Of a stretch of DNA of 64,000 bases, positions 36,862 through 49,636 are shown piece by piece. Below the pieces are notes generated by a model. It saw only the letters and a list, made by a program, of their open reading frames with translations, made no database searches and was not told the origin of the DNA. A program made the position numbers and the translations under genes. The DNA is from Hydrolagus affinis. Lineage: Eukaryota. The stretch lies in assembly GCA_012026655.1 (NCBI GenBank), contig JAAILG010000028.1, positions 124,001 to 188,000 on the forward strand. Reading direction: 5' to 3'. Every line of letters begins with the position of its first letter. The first letter of the stretch is position 1.

Positions 36862-37369
36862 GTGAGCTTTGAAACTATTGCAACTGTACTTCATTGGTTA
36901 AAATGGCCAGATTGTGGTTAATGCAACTACTCTACACTTATTGTGTGTCAGTGTTTCAGCGGCATTCGAAGACTTAAATTACCTCGTGTGTATCCAGGGA
37001 TACACTCGTACAGGGCTTGGGAAATTGGAATTCCCTTTGTTTGGGGGGTAATTTCTCTAGTTAAATATGGAAATTGCATTCAAGTGAGCAGTTATAATAC
37101 TCAGAAGATTATCGCAGTGTGCCAGCTGGCTTGCCACAGATCACTGTGCTTCACTTTCCTTTGTACATAAAAGTTTTCCCCATTACGCCATTTATCCAGT
37201 TTTAGCGAAGAGTCTTTGCAAAGGCAAATCAGTATTATATAAATTATCTCTGTCAACCAGTATGTTTTATGAAAGAGACAAATGCATAAGACTAGGCTTG
37301 TAGTATTGTTCTGAGAGTAATGCACATAAGGGAATTTTATCACTCTTAACAATGTAATGTGCTAAATGG

Positions 37370-37990
37370 GTAAGAATTGAGGTGTTCAAGTATATCCACG
37401 ACTTTGAGCTCAGTCTCCTGGGAGGGCTGTATTGTATTCTTTACATGTTAAACTGAGATCCTGTCTACCTATTCAGGCAGAGGTTAAATATCCCATGGCA
37501 TTCTTTAAAATTGAAGGGAGTTTCTCCCACTGCCTTGGCCAACAAAATATACAATAAATCCACTTTATATTACATACCTATTGTAGAGCGTCTGTAGCTC
37601 AGTGGTTAGAGCACTCGCCTTACAAGCGTGAGACCTGTGTTCGAATCCAGGCAGATCAGGGCAAAATCTTGGGCAAGCTTCCTTATTCCACACACACGCC
37701 TAATAATAATAATGCCAAAAGAAAGACAATAATAAAAATTGGTCAATTTCAATCCACGACTGTTTGTTGGACACTGCTGTGCGCAATTGGCTTCTGCATT
37801 TCGCCCACAAATATACAGTCAATTCACTTTACAGTATATTCTGGGAAGCGCTTTGAGACGTCGGGAAGATGTGAAAAGCGCTACATCAAATGCCAGGATT
37901 ATTATTATAATTATTACATTCTGTGAAGCGCTTTAGGATGTCTCAACGCTACGATATGACGCCACATCAAATGGAAGGAGTATGGTTATT
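37370..37990 (+). mobile_element. Family C Deu-SINE hosting a nested family A copy
   Basis: Deu core 'tgttaaactgagatcctgtctacctattcaggcagaggttaaatatcccatggca'; host tail resumes near 37916 'acattctgtgaagcgctttagg'. Confidence 0.7.
37585..37915 (+). mobile_element. Family A tRNA-derived SINE, full length
   Basis: 'ctgtagctcagtggttagagcactcgccttacaagcgtgagacctgtgttcgaatccaggcag' with intact A and B boxes; full tail. Confidence 0.93.
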
Positions 37991-39479
37991 AACAATCCAC
38001 ACATTTGCTTCACGACTGCTTGTGCAAAAATCGGTTTCTGTGTTCACATGCAAACTACACAGTCGACTACAATTAACAGAAAGCTTTAAGACATTTCAAC
38101 GTGGTTATCGGCTCCAGCAGAGGCTACTGTACACTGATCACAAAACTGTTATCTTATTTGACCCCACGGAAGATATCTAATTTACCATATATCTCTTTAT
38201 GGGAATGAGGAAAACAAAGTAGAGTTCCAGTCAACCCACTGGAACATTGCTTTGGCAGCAGCCTTGCATGAAAGCCGTATTCTGCCAGGTCAATGTGAAG
38301 CATTTCTGATTACCACCAGTTCCCATTTGTGTGACTGTGATTCCCTTATTAAGAAATCTGGTTAAGTCAAAAACGCAAATTGGACACTCTTATGGAGCAG
38401 AGAACCGCAACTGGCAAAATTATTAACAATGTTTCAGCTGCAAATCAGTGGGAACATTCAGACTGCGTTAGGCTCATTGTAGCTAATATTATCTTGAGCA
38501 AAATGAAGAGCTTGTCTCTCTCTCTCTCTCTCTTGAATCTTGTGCCAATTGTCTCTCTCAGCATGACCGGAGGAGATGCATTGAAGACTTGAGCACGTCA
38601 TTTGCAGTGTGCCTGGAAGTGTTAGTAATGAAAATTGCCACCATCTGGCTCACACCTGTTTTATTTTGCTGCTAATCCAGCAAATAAAAATGACCAAGTG
38701 ACATTAATCCCGGGTTCTTGCCCCACTCGAACTCGAGGCCGCCACAGTCCCCCCAGAGTTTGTACCAATCTCCGAGTATTTGTGGCGTAAATACGTCAAG
38801 ATTCTATTTCCGTGTAATCACTGGGGAGTCACATTTACTGATTATTGAAGCACGGTTCATTCTCTGTATTCAGATAATGAAGGCACTCAAGCTTTGTGCG
38901 ATTGCAGAAAGTCTTGGAATTATTTGGGGGGGGGGTGGGGGGGAAGCGAGCGCAAGTTTCCTTGAAGAAAGGATTCTAACCTCTTGAGTATTCCAGTGGC
39001 ACGCAAGCAACAATGAATCTCACCAGAAGTGACACGTACCTTGCTTTCGATTACAGGACAATAGTAGCACGCAACACTGTATAGCACCTGATCAAACCGA
39101 ACTATCTCGATGCCAGGCTGCACGAGGAGTTACTTTGAAGTGTGGTAACTGCTGTTTGACATCAAGCTAGGGTTGTTAGGAAACACTCAAGGAACCGTAC
39201 CGGCCATGGTGACTTTGGGATGACGGAGATGTGGGAATTACAAGAGGCAGACTCAAATAGAAAGATTGCAAAATAGAAGAAAAAAAATGAAAAATGCCCC
39301 CAAAAATTGTAACTGGAGTAACTGCTGAAAATGTCTTCTTGAAGTTACTACTTACTCTCGTATCTACCTGTCATCCATTATTTGTAAATGTGATACGATT
39401 TGTGTAGTGCACAACTCGGCTGTGGCATTTGCCTATAAATAGTCACTGCACTTTGCAGTGCATCTTATGAAGTGCTTTA

Positions 39480-39625
39480 ATAACAATAACAATAAGAATG
39501 ATAAGAATGTTAATAATAATCCTCGATGATAATAATAAAAATCCTTTCGTTTGATATAGCGCTTTTCACATCTTCATCGACGTCTCAAAGCACTTCACAG
39601 AATATACTGTAAAGTGAACTGATAT
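39480..39625 (-). mobile_element. SINE 3' tail with expanded (aat)-rich end
   Basis: 'ttgatatagcgcttttcacatcttcatcgacgtctcaaagcacttcacagaatatactgtaaagtgaa'. Confidence 0.8.
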
Positions 39626-41079
39626 AGTGCCTTGTCAATTTGTTTGTGATTTGACGCACTATAGAGCACCACTCCAAATGCGACGAAAATTATTACTAAT
39701 GATCATTATCATTATAATCTCGCCAACACAGAATGACACTAAAAGTCTAACAGTCACCGTTGCCATGAACGAAAAGGGCGCTCATTTGCTGATGAAGCCA
39801 TTCGGGCATATAAATGAGTGGACGGCTTGCAGATGCGTATTGATTATTTATGAGTTTTTGTGTTATAATTAAAGCTGTGCGTTTATAAATGTTGCATCGC
39901 ATACATTATTTATAGCCCAGAATCTCACAGACCAGAGGAGATGATGAGACGGTTGCAGCCAAATCCTACAATTTTGGCAATGCGTGCGACGTAAAATGCC
40001 AAAGTTGCTAAATTTAGTGGCCAGTGGGATATCGCTCAAAAGAAACCTATGGTGTTCAGCCCTGGTTTCCTCAATGAGATTACGCAATGGAAATATTCAC
40101 CTTATGTCCCTTTAGGAGTTGTGGCAAGAATAGTACTGGACCATATGGCCAGCATTAGCCAACTATAATTTTTTTTTTACAAGGTTTGCACTTAAATTAA
40201 TGAAACCTGCATGAATATTGAACGAGCAGTCGACTGGATTATTCTGCCACTACTCCCCTACGGTGCTCAATACTGTGCGTCACTCGAAGGTGACGGGGAT
40301 GAAGATTGAAGGGCTACACGTCATTGACTGCGTTAAGTTAACTCATGTGCTGGTGAGAGATCAGTCTGCGGGTGGTGGGGGGGGGTCGTGCTTCAGTCCA
40401 TAATCAGTCCATTCAGAAGCCATCAATCCCTACCCAACTTCCCCGCCCCCCACCCCCCCCACCCCCCACCCCCCACCACCCACTCCACACTCCCGTCCTC
40501 TCCCAAAACACGACCACGCGCCATAAATTAACATTCTTCTGCATCAATAATAGATAGCCTTCTATTTCCTAGAAAGAGCTTCGCTTGACATTGTAGCCTG
40601 TAGTGGGTGTCAGTTTAGCATCACAAATATGGCTGATCGCATTGGAGTTAGGTAGCTGGCAAAGCTCGCCTGCTTTGCAGAGCACTCCACTGTTGTTTCG
40701 TTCGAGCAGTTGTGCGCAAGCAAGGGAATAGAATCGTCGCAAAGCTGTGAGTAATTGCGCACATAACAGGATGCACCTCGCAACAGTTACAGCAAATAAT
40801 TCACGGTTATCGGTACAAGGAGTTGATCAGATGTCAGGGAGTTATTCAGGCTTTCTGATGTAGGCCCAGGAGATGCATAGCTTTAGACTCTGAACAGGAA
40901 TGACACAACATTTAATATTTTGAGTAAAAATACCAGAGCAAACAGATGTACAGCTCGATCAGATATCACCAGAAGAAATTCTTCATCCTCCCATCTGTTC
41001 CCTTTGTTTGGCAGATCACTTTCCAGGGATGGGATGGGGGGATTGGAGGTGGGGGTGGGGGGTAGTACTCCCATCAAAC

Positions 41080-41258
41080 TAGTAAAAAATAATAATATGG
41101 AGAATCAATCCATGACTGTTCATGGGACAGCGCTGTGTGTAATTGGCCGCTGCATTTCGCCCATAAAACACACAGTCACTACACTTTGCAGTATGTCCTG
41201 TGAAGCGCTTTGAGACATAATGAGGCACTATATCAAATGCAAGGATCCTTCTTATCAT
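41080..41258 (+). mobile_element. SINE 3' fragment
   Basis: 'caatccatgactgttcatgggacagcgctgtgtgtaattggccgc...aggcactatatcaaatgcaagga'. Confidence 0.75.
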
Positions 41259-41899
41259 TGAGCTGCTGATCTGGACAGACTTACTTGTGATCAGGGTGAA
41301 AGATGAACACAGGCCTAACCTTTTGACTCTAGCAGTTATTGGATGCTGTGGAATTGCAAGTAGCACTTTAAAGGAGGTGTAATGACGGGAGTGGGGGGGT
41401 GGAATTAACATGTAGACACATTGGACTTTGTCTCAAGGCAGAGATTTTGAGCTAAGCAGGTATGATTGAACAGGAAACAGATTTTCCATGACCTGTGACA
41501 TCCATGCCGTTCTATATTTGGCCCACAGAACTCAAGCAAATCACTACCAAGCCAAGAGGGTGTGAATATCTGTTTCTTGTCCCCAAAGAGGTCAAGTGCT
41601 TGAGGGCTTCAAGTTGTCCTCTCCAGAAACCAGGCCAAAAGTCAGCGATAATTGTGCTGCGTCCAACTGACAGACTTCTGACGGCTGTTGGTGGTCTGGG
41701 GGCGGGGGTTGATTTTATTTTGGTACTTAATCATCAAGGCCACTTCTCCCCGCCACTCCGTCAAGAACAAATAAAGCAACATTCATTATGTTTGGCTGCA
41801 GGTTGGTAATAAGAGCTGGATCTCAGTCAACTCTGGAATTTGATTTAATCAGTTCTGGGAAGCGAGAATCTCGACAACTGTGCGGCTGAGAAACATTAG

Positions 41900-42486
41900 T
41901 GTGTCAGCCTGGCTCAGTTGGCAGCACTCTTGCCTCTGAGTCAGGCGGTCATGCGTTACATGCCTCACGTCGGGGCTTGTGAAACCCTATTGTCCACGCT
42001 GAGACTTCAAACTTGTCGTAGGTGCCTTTCATCAAATGGGACATTAAACCGAGTTCCCCTCTACCTGTTCAGATGGATGCTAAAGATCCCGAGATACTGT
42101 TTGAAAAGAGAAGGCAGTTTCATCCAGTGTCATAATAATAATATTACAGTACTAATAATCCTTGCAACTGATACAGCACCTTCCACATCTTCTAGACATC
42201 TCAAATATACTGTAAAGTGAATTGACTATATATATGTAGTGAAACGCAGCAACCAATTGCGCACAGCAGTGTCCCACAAACAGTCGTGGATTGAAATGAC
42301 CAATTGTTAGCTGTGTGGAGTAAGGAAACCTGCCCAAGGATTCACCCTGTCTAGAATTGAACCCAGATCTCTCACTTGAAAGGCGAATGCTCTAACCACT
42401 GAGATACAGGACTCCACAGTGGCACATTCTCCCTCAGATAGAATGGATCATTTGCTTAGTGGCTGTGTGTGGGGGATTTCTGTGCA
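41900..42486 (+). mobile_element. Family C Deu-SINE interrupted by an antisense family A copy
   Basis: Head 'gtgtcagcctggctcagttggcagcactcttgcctctgagtcag', Deu core to about 42131; resumes near 42416 'gtggcacattctccc...ggctgtgtgtggggg'. Confidence 0.8.
42133..42415 (-). mobile_element. Family A SINE, full length with internal deletions
   Basis: Ends 'ctctaaccactgagatacaggactcc'; (aat)n tail at 42133. Confidence 0.88.
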
Positions 42487-42689
42487 TGGGGGTGGGGTGG
42501 GGGGGGGGCGGGGGGGGCGGTGGAGCTGTTCAAAAGGATTGAAAACAGCAAATCTGCAGGTACGCAGATACACCTGAGGCTAACCCTCTGGAAGTGGAAG
42601 TGGTGGTTAAAAGGTTGGCCTCATGTGGCAGAAGCAGAACACTTCAGGCGACAAAATCAGCGTCAGCAGAAGAGAGAGAAGATGTCACA

Positions 42690-42818
42690 GGGGAAGGTGG
42701 CATCTTTTGCCCACCAAAATATACAGTCAATTGACTTTACAATGTATCCTGTGAAGCACTTTGAGATGCCTTGAAGACGTGATGAGGCGCTATATCGAAT
42801 ACAAGGATTGTTGTTATT
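42690..42818 (+). mobile_element. SINE 3' tail fragment
   Basis: 'atacagtcaattgactttacaatgtatcctgtgaagcactttgag...gaggcgctatatcgaatacaagg'. Confidence 0.75.
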
Positions 42819-42980
42819 AGAACATAAGAACATAAGAATTAGGAGCAGGAGTAGGCCATTCGGCTCTTCGAGCCTGCCCCGCCATTCAACAAGATCATGG
42901 CTGATCTTCTCACCTAACTTTGATTACCTGCCCTATCCCCATATCCCCTAATCCGTCTATTTTTCAAAAATCTATCATCT
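42819..42980 (-). mobile_element. CR1 LINE 3' UTR/end
   Basis: 'agaacataagaacataagaattaggagcaggagtaggccattcggctcttcgagcctgccccgccattcaacaagatcatggctgatc': 8-bp terminal repeat and hairpin typical of shark CR1 ends. Confidence 0.88.
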
Positions 42981-43285
42981 ATTATTGTTAGAGACGCCAT
43001 GGAGCAAAGCCACGCAGAGGAATTTGGATCATCAAATCGATCGAGTTCATGATACAAAACAGCACGGAGACCATGTCAGCATAGCCTTCTTAATGAATAA
43101 GGTACAAGTTGGGGAATCATGCTTGAAAGACACTGTTCAGACTCTATTCTCCCAATTGGCTTCTTACCGTCTTGCATCGGTGTCAATGCAAGCAGATATC
43201 GCTGTCAGGTTTGAAACTTCCTGTGCATAATATACTTCCTGGATGTTCTTGTGGTCTGCAGGGTTGCAATCAAGTTGCATCCCTG

Positions 43286-43506
43286 ACACACACACACACA
43301 CACATTACATCACAGCACATACACACACTACAAATAGACACACCACAGCACACCACATACACACACACACAACAAACAGACACACCATGGCACACACACA
43401 CACACTATAAACACACAAAACACATACAGCACACACACACACACACACATAGCACATAGGCACACACAAACACTACACACACACACACACGTGCACACAT
43501 ACACAG
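43286..43506. repeat. Long degenerate (CA)n low-complexity tract
   Basis: About 220 bp of interrupted CA repeats; source of the HT-rich and CV-rich ORFs. Confidence 0.92.
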
Positions 43507-44229
43507 CTACATCCCCATTCAATTTTGCAAATCACAATTTTTGCCGCGTTTTCGTTGAGAGTTGATTAATGAATGCTGAAGTCCCACTGTGAGCCTTGTG
43601 TCTGCAGAGCTCACCCGCAGACAACATGTGAAGGAAATGTAATGAGGAAAGTAGAGAAACTGCTGGGAGGTAATGTAAACAGTCTATTAGAGCGTTAATA
43701 AACATTACGCACTCCCCAAAGTGTAAATTATCTATCGTTTGTGGTAGTATGATATTTTGCAGCTGAACTAGGGGCTACTGTTTATTAAAACAGTCGTACA
43801 TTTTCAGTTAAAGTTCCCTATGTGCATTATATTTTGGCAATTATTCCTCTAGAAGGCCAAGTCATTTTCTTTTAGTTTTTAAAGGAAATTCAGTACAGTA
43901 CTCATAGGGAGACTTTGGGATATTTGAAAAGGGAAGAGTATTCTGGCTAATAGTTCCCCAGATAATATTGAATGTTCGCTTCACGATTGTTTGTAAGATG
44001 GGACATTGCTGTGCATAAAATTAGCGGATGCATTCATCATTTCACTGATTATTTGGGTTTGAATCTGGGCAGGGTGAAACATTAGGCAAGTTTTGTTACT
44101 CTGATTCAACAATGAGAATTGTCAGCAAACTTCTATCTTGAAACCATTAAAGACCTGGAGGGCAGAGAGTAGACAAGTACTACGAAATTTAACAATGATT
44201 TGTATTGCTAAAATACATGATAATCTTTT

Positions 44230-44530
44230 CTCGTCGCCATTCACCCACAAAATACAGTTAATCCCCTTTACAGTATATCCTGTGAAGGTCTTAAATCATT
44301 GCAAATGACATGAGAAGGTGCTATATCATATGCAAGGATTATTATTATTCACTCCCCCAATAACATGGGTCATTCACTTCATGGCTTTTGTGAGACATTG
44401 TTGTGCACAAATCGGCTGCCACATTTGCCTACTAATACATTGCACTTCACAGTAATTCCTGTGGCGTGCTTTGAGGTGTTTTGACAATGCACTAATACAC
44501 AATATCAAATGCAAGAATTACAAGGCTTAT
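44230..44530 (+). mobile_element. Two tandem SINE 3' fragments
   Basis: Tails 'aaggtgctatatcatatgcaaggattattatt' (near 44350) and 'atatcaaatgcaagaatta' (near 44520). Confidence 0.7.
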
Positions 44531-45336
44531 TATTGCTCCGAAAATCTCATTATAAGCGCATTATAAAGGTCAGTAAACTTGCCTACACACAGAGAGTAAA
44601 TCCCATTGGATGTATCTCTTGTTTAGAGAGGTTTACTCTGTAATCTGCAACACACTGAGCGACCAACTGACAAGATATTAATAAGAAACCACAGAACCAA
44701 AGCTAAGACAATTTTCTTTCACCAGCTCGGAACATGGTAAATGAAATAACTGATCCCAGAACATTTTAATTCTGTGAGTCCATAAGAGGCATTTACACAG
44801 CCCCTTTCACGTCAAATAAACATCCCGCAGTTCTTTACAAAATACAGTGTAATCCTGAAAACTCATCGCTTCAAGGGGAAGGAGCTCAGTGACAAGTTAT
44901 CAAGTTAGGCATATGTATCAATGCAGCCAGGATATTGGCATATATGACTTAGGTGGAAGTGGCACGTTAAACCAGTTGAGTTATGAGGAGTTTACTGTAA
45001 ATTGATTCAAAATAAAGTTGGTGTTATACAGGGAAGTGTAGCTGCTAATTTATCAACAGAAATGGACAAGCTTTGTGATCAGTTAGGAAACTAAGCGCGA
45101 GTTAAAAAACTTTACTGTATTTTGCTAACAACAAGCATCATAAAAAATAGATGGGTTAAAAATTGTCGTTGGTTATTTTGCCCATTAAACATGGTAGTTC
45201 TAGCTTGTCACAAGGAGCCTTAGGCAGTTTTGAAGTACAGGGAAATGCAGATCAATCTAGTGTAATTACAGGACCAAACTTAAATAAACTGCTTCAGCCA
45301 CAAAAGTGCTCTGTAAACTTTCAACCTGGAGAAAAA

Positions 45337-45406
45337 CCTGCCTGGATTCGAACACAGGTTTCACGCTTTTAAGGAGAGTACTCTAACCACTGAGCTGCAG
45401 GACTCC
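45337..45406 (-). mobile_element. Family A SINE tRNA head only
   Basis: 'cctgcctggattcgaacacagg...ctctaaccactgagctgcaggactcc'. Confidence 0.85.
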
Positions 45407-45469
45407 AGCGCCTTGGGACGTCCTCCCGACGTGAAAGGTGCTCTATAAATATAATTTTGTTGTTGTTGT
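45407..45469 (+). mobile_element. L2 3' tail fused to the SINE 5' end
   Basis: 'agcgccttgggacgtcctcccgacgtgaaaggtgctctataaatataattttgttgttgttg'. Confidence 0.85.
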
Positions 45470-48034
45470 AGTAGTGTGTGTATGCGTGCTTGCCTGCTCA
45501 TGTTATCAAGAAGGAGAAACACAGGCAGAATTAATGTAGGTCAGATCTCTGAAGAAGGTAGAGAGAAAGCTCACACTGTTGGATCAGATCAATGTCGGGG
45601 CTCCTTTCTCTATTACAAGAGTCAAAAGCTTTCATTTGTAACTAAGGCAGGGGATGTTCTGCCATGTGATTCAATTTCCAGTCAAAACAAACCAGAAAGA
45701 GAGAGAGAGAGAAAGAAAGTGAGAGTCAGAGACCCAGCCGAGTGTCAGATCCGCACACCGCAATACCTAGCCCAGATGTTTTGCACGCTTCGTAAACCAT
45801 CCCTCTCTCCGCTTTGCTGTCTGGGTGTACACAGTGACACTGAAGAACTGCCGCAGGAGGATTTTTGGATCCTTCGACCGAACCAATCTCTGAAGCGAGA
45901 CCAATTCATCGAGGGTTGTGGCTATAATCTAATTAACCCGTTGAGAATTTAGTGGCCTTTCCAGCTCGCAAAGCATCCAGGCTGGATTGCAAGCCGCAAA
46001 GAAGTAATAATAATAATAACCCTTGCACTTGATATAGCGCCGTTTCACGTCGTTGAGAATGTGATGTTTCAAAGCACTTAACAGAATATAATGTAAAATG
46101 GATCGACTGTATTTAAAGAATGTGCGGGGAGGGGAGATGAGGGAAGAAGAAGGAGCTGACAAAAAAATGTGATAATTATTACAGTTGACTTATTACCTCA
46201 CACGCTGCATTTGTACCCCAAATTAATATTCTTAGGGTATGTGGGGGGGGAAAGAAGTACGTTTAATTTCCTCCAACATTCCTGTCCAATCGGCCATTAA
46301 ATCGAACAATTCTCCTCGTCCCCTGAAAGGTTTTCAGTCTACAAAAACTTCCAGCAGGTTCCATTTCACTGTCGATCAGTTTTCTGAAATATAGTATATT
46401 TTTTTAAAAATCTGATTTTCTAAGACTCCGTCGGAATAACTTTATTGATTGGATTGGAAGTTCCTGCAGTCTGCCATACTACTCTATAATGAAAATCAAC
46501 ACAAATATAAAGGCCTCAAAAGAATGACCTTTACGGTTATTGGTTTAAAAGCGATTTGAATTATAAATAACGATATATCTGTAACTTTGAGACGTCTCGA
46601 AGACGTGACAAGGCACTATAACAAATGCAAGGGTTATTTATTATTATTTCAGAGTTATTTCATTTTAGCAAATAGTTGAATTCAGCCCTTAATTCTAGCT
46701 TGGTAATAAATCCTGTGATGTTTTTGGAGACGTCAAGACGTCATCAGGATTGCTGTATCACACGTAAGGATTATTTGTGTAAATCGGTCTATCAAGAATC
46801 ATAGACAAAGAAAAGGTGAGTGATCAGTGAGTAACCTGATGGATAGTGCCACGAATATCTCTCGACTAGGCTCACATAAACAGTGAGAAATCAATTGTTG
46901 CTTCCCTTTAAGACAAGAGGTTAAAACATTGGGAAAAACCCTCCCTGGCCACACATGATCCTTGCTTTGGATTTATTGTGTTTCTAAGGAGAAAACGCAA
47001 TTATTCATTGAGTCAGGGAATGATTTTAGTAACATACAAAAAAAAACGCTGAAAATCATAGCACTTGCCAAATGAATCGATTTAACTGCTCTGCAGAAAT
47101 GCCACAAACTGCTTCTGACATTTTCGTTCTGTTCAGTGACAGTTTCTAATATAACACCTTTATTATATTCGCCTACTAACATATTTGGTCTTTACTGCAC
47201 ACATTTTAACTGGAAGCTAAAATTGATTGGATTTAGCTTAGGTTTTTTAGGGGCCAGCCAACAAAGCATATGTTTTCAAAAGATATTCTTTGTATTTCAG
47301 CATCTAAGATGTCAAACCATTGTTTGTATTACTTCAAGAAGGTTAGACCACAATCAGCAGTTTTTATATTAAAAAAACACTGTTCAAAATTACAAATGAA
47401 AAAGAGATTTTGACAGCCAATTTCTTGTGACTATTCTCACAGATAAATGTGTTCTGCATTATTATTATTACAAGCATTTAATACTGCACCTTTCAGTGCC
47501 GCTCACTTGAAGTGGATGCCTTAAAGCGCTTCAAAGGAATTACTGTAAAGTGTAGCCACTGACATTTTATAGGCCAACGTGGCACTCAGCAATGATACTG
47601 GATGTCTGTCAGTGCGTTCACAGATGATGCAATGGATCACTTAATGTAATCCAACCTCAGCATTCAGATGACAAACATAAAATTCGTTCAGGCAATGATA
47701 TAATTTGGGCTGCTTAGCAGGATTCAGTTTCTTAGAATTCATTGGCAGCCTTCCACTTCACTCCTCATTCTGTGGTCTAAGTTGCCACAAGTACAAACCT
47801 AACAAAAATTGCCGAGCCATTGGTATGAGGAGTGTAGGATTGTTGTGGGGGAAAATCCCGAAATAGGCGGAAGTTCAATTGAAAGTGTGAAGGTTTTACC
47901 TCTTCAGCTGCGCCAACCTCCGTGGGGTCTCCGCTCCCCATGTTCCCTTGCTTCGTGTCCAATCCAGTCACTGGATAGTGCTCCAAGACGTTCTCCTTTA
48001 TGATGGGCGCCGTATAAATTCAAGTTGTTGTCTC

Positions 48035-48282
48035 TCGTGCCCTCCATTCCACTATCTGTGATTGCGGTTTCCGCCACTACGCCCTAAAACTCTTTCTCAC
48101 CGTCCTCCTTACCCCTTCTTTCCCCATCTTGAGGTTACAAAATGAAGACTTTCCTCTTCGACCGTGCCTATGGTCACCACCCCATACCCCTGGCTCAGCT
48201 TCGTGCTTGCTCCACCACTGTCAAATACTTTGGGACGCTTCCTTGTGTGAGGGACGCTATATAAATGCAAATTCTTGTTGAT
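48035..48282 (+). mobile_element. L2 3' fragment
   Basis: 'gaagactttcctcttcgaccgtgcctatggtc' (KTFLFDRAY) and tail 'gggacgctatataaatgcaaattcttgttg'. Confidence 0.75.
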
Positions 48283-48412
48283 AATTCACCAAATGAATGG
48301 CATTGGAGAGATGTAACTCACAATCTTGCAGGCCGATTGAGATGACCATTTTGTCCATTTCATGAGTCTCATTATACTCACTCTGTGCAATGGAAATATC
48401 ACTTTTGGAGTA

Positions 48413-48543
48413 AAAATAAAACAGAAGTCGCTGGGAACACTCAGCTGGTCAAGCAGCATCTATAGAGAGAAAAAAGTGGGTTGACGCCTTTCCAGCAACT
48501 TCTGCTTTATTTCAGATTTCTAGCATCTGCAGTATTTTTCCTT
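48413..48543. mobile_element. Collapsed inverted Penelope-type terminal-repeat remnant
   Basis: 'ataaaacagaagtcgctgggaacactcagctggtcaagcagcatctatagagaga' and 'ccagcaacttctgctttatttcagatttctagcatctgcagtattt'; homologous to 56660-56765. The Penelope assignment is from recall of shark repeats. Confidence 0.6.
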
Positions 48544-49384
48544 CTGTTCACTTTTACACCAACTTGACTCAACGCAGATCTTATGACATCCCTTGTTGTT
48601 AAAGGCCAAACCCTAAACTGGTAATCAACACCTCATTAGTATTAAGTGGGAATCAGTGGAGTGGGATTAGCCTATCCACAAAAGACAAGCCAAGGTCAGT
48701 TGTCTGGTGGAGGCAGGAATGTAACCTTCCAGTTTATAGTAAGGTGGACTTTTTTTTGGACCCAGATTTCTGTTTAGTCTGGTTATAATAAAACAATAAT
48801 CCTGGAAACACTAGCTACACAGGATTTACTGTGAAATGCATTGGCTGCATAGTCGTGGATTGGAAAATAGACGTAAAATGAGTCTTGACTTCCAAGAGGC
48901 TGAGGTGGGATTCATCAGTTTCAGCTAACCGATATCCCAGGGGAAGAATTTCCTTCTTACACCATTTCAGTCTGCCTTTGGCAATGTGATCTGAAGACAG
49001 CTGAGATTCAGGGGAATGAAGAATCTAATGGGAAAATGGGTTGAGATCAATCCAAAAGAGGCCAGAATTGTTGGGCCAATTGACCCCGAACCATTCCAAA
49101 ATGTATCTGAATTCAGCTGTGCCGTCTCACAGTACTTTTGAATTCAGAGATCCCACGAGGTCCATTGTTCACAAATGGGAATAATAACTTGACAACAGTT
49201 GTCAACACTGATCATAACCAAGGTATAAGCCTCACGTGTTACCCTGTGTACTTTGCAAAAGAAAGCAAATTGAAATGGAAAAATACATCAATTCCATTTG
49301 GCCATCAATAGTGGATTCATGCGTTGAATATTGAAGTCCGTGGCAGAGAGAGATTTGCACATGTGACTGGTGGATAAAATAAAT

Positions 49385-49625
49385 AGTAAGTAATAATAAT
49401 CCTTATAATAATGCTTACATTTGACAGAGCGCCTTATCCTATCTTCGAGACGTCTCAAAGAGTCTTGCAGAAAATACTGTAACAAGGCAGCCAATTGCAC
49501 ACAGCAGTGTCCCACAAACAGTCGTGGATTGAGTGACCAAATGATTCTTTTTATTGATTGTTTTCGAAGGGATTATAATCCAGCAGGAAAGCAACCCGCC
49601 AATCAACTAACAACCGTAAATTGGG
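49385..49625 (-). mobile_element. Family B SINE 3' portion
   Basis: Tail plus 'ggattgagtgaccaa...ggaaagcaacccgccaatcaactaac'. Confidence 0.8.
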
Positions 49626-49636
49626 GTATTTTCTAA

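Noticed and set aside
37585-37660. tRNA-Val(TAC)/Ala-like gene (also at 4822, 16635, 54978)
   Set aside because: A and B boxes and an anticodon-like arm are present, but there is no 3' acceptor strand or T-run terminator; the sequence continues into the SINE body.
43172-43522. His/Thr-rich and Cys/Val-rich ORFs
   Set aside because: Translations of a degenerate (CA)n tract.
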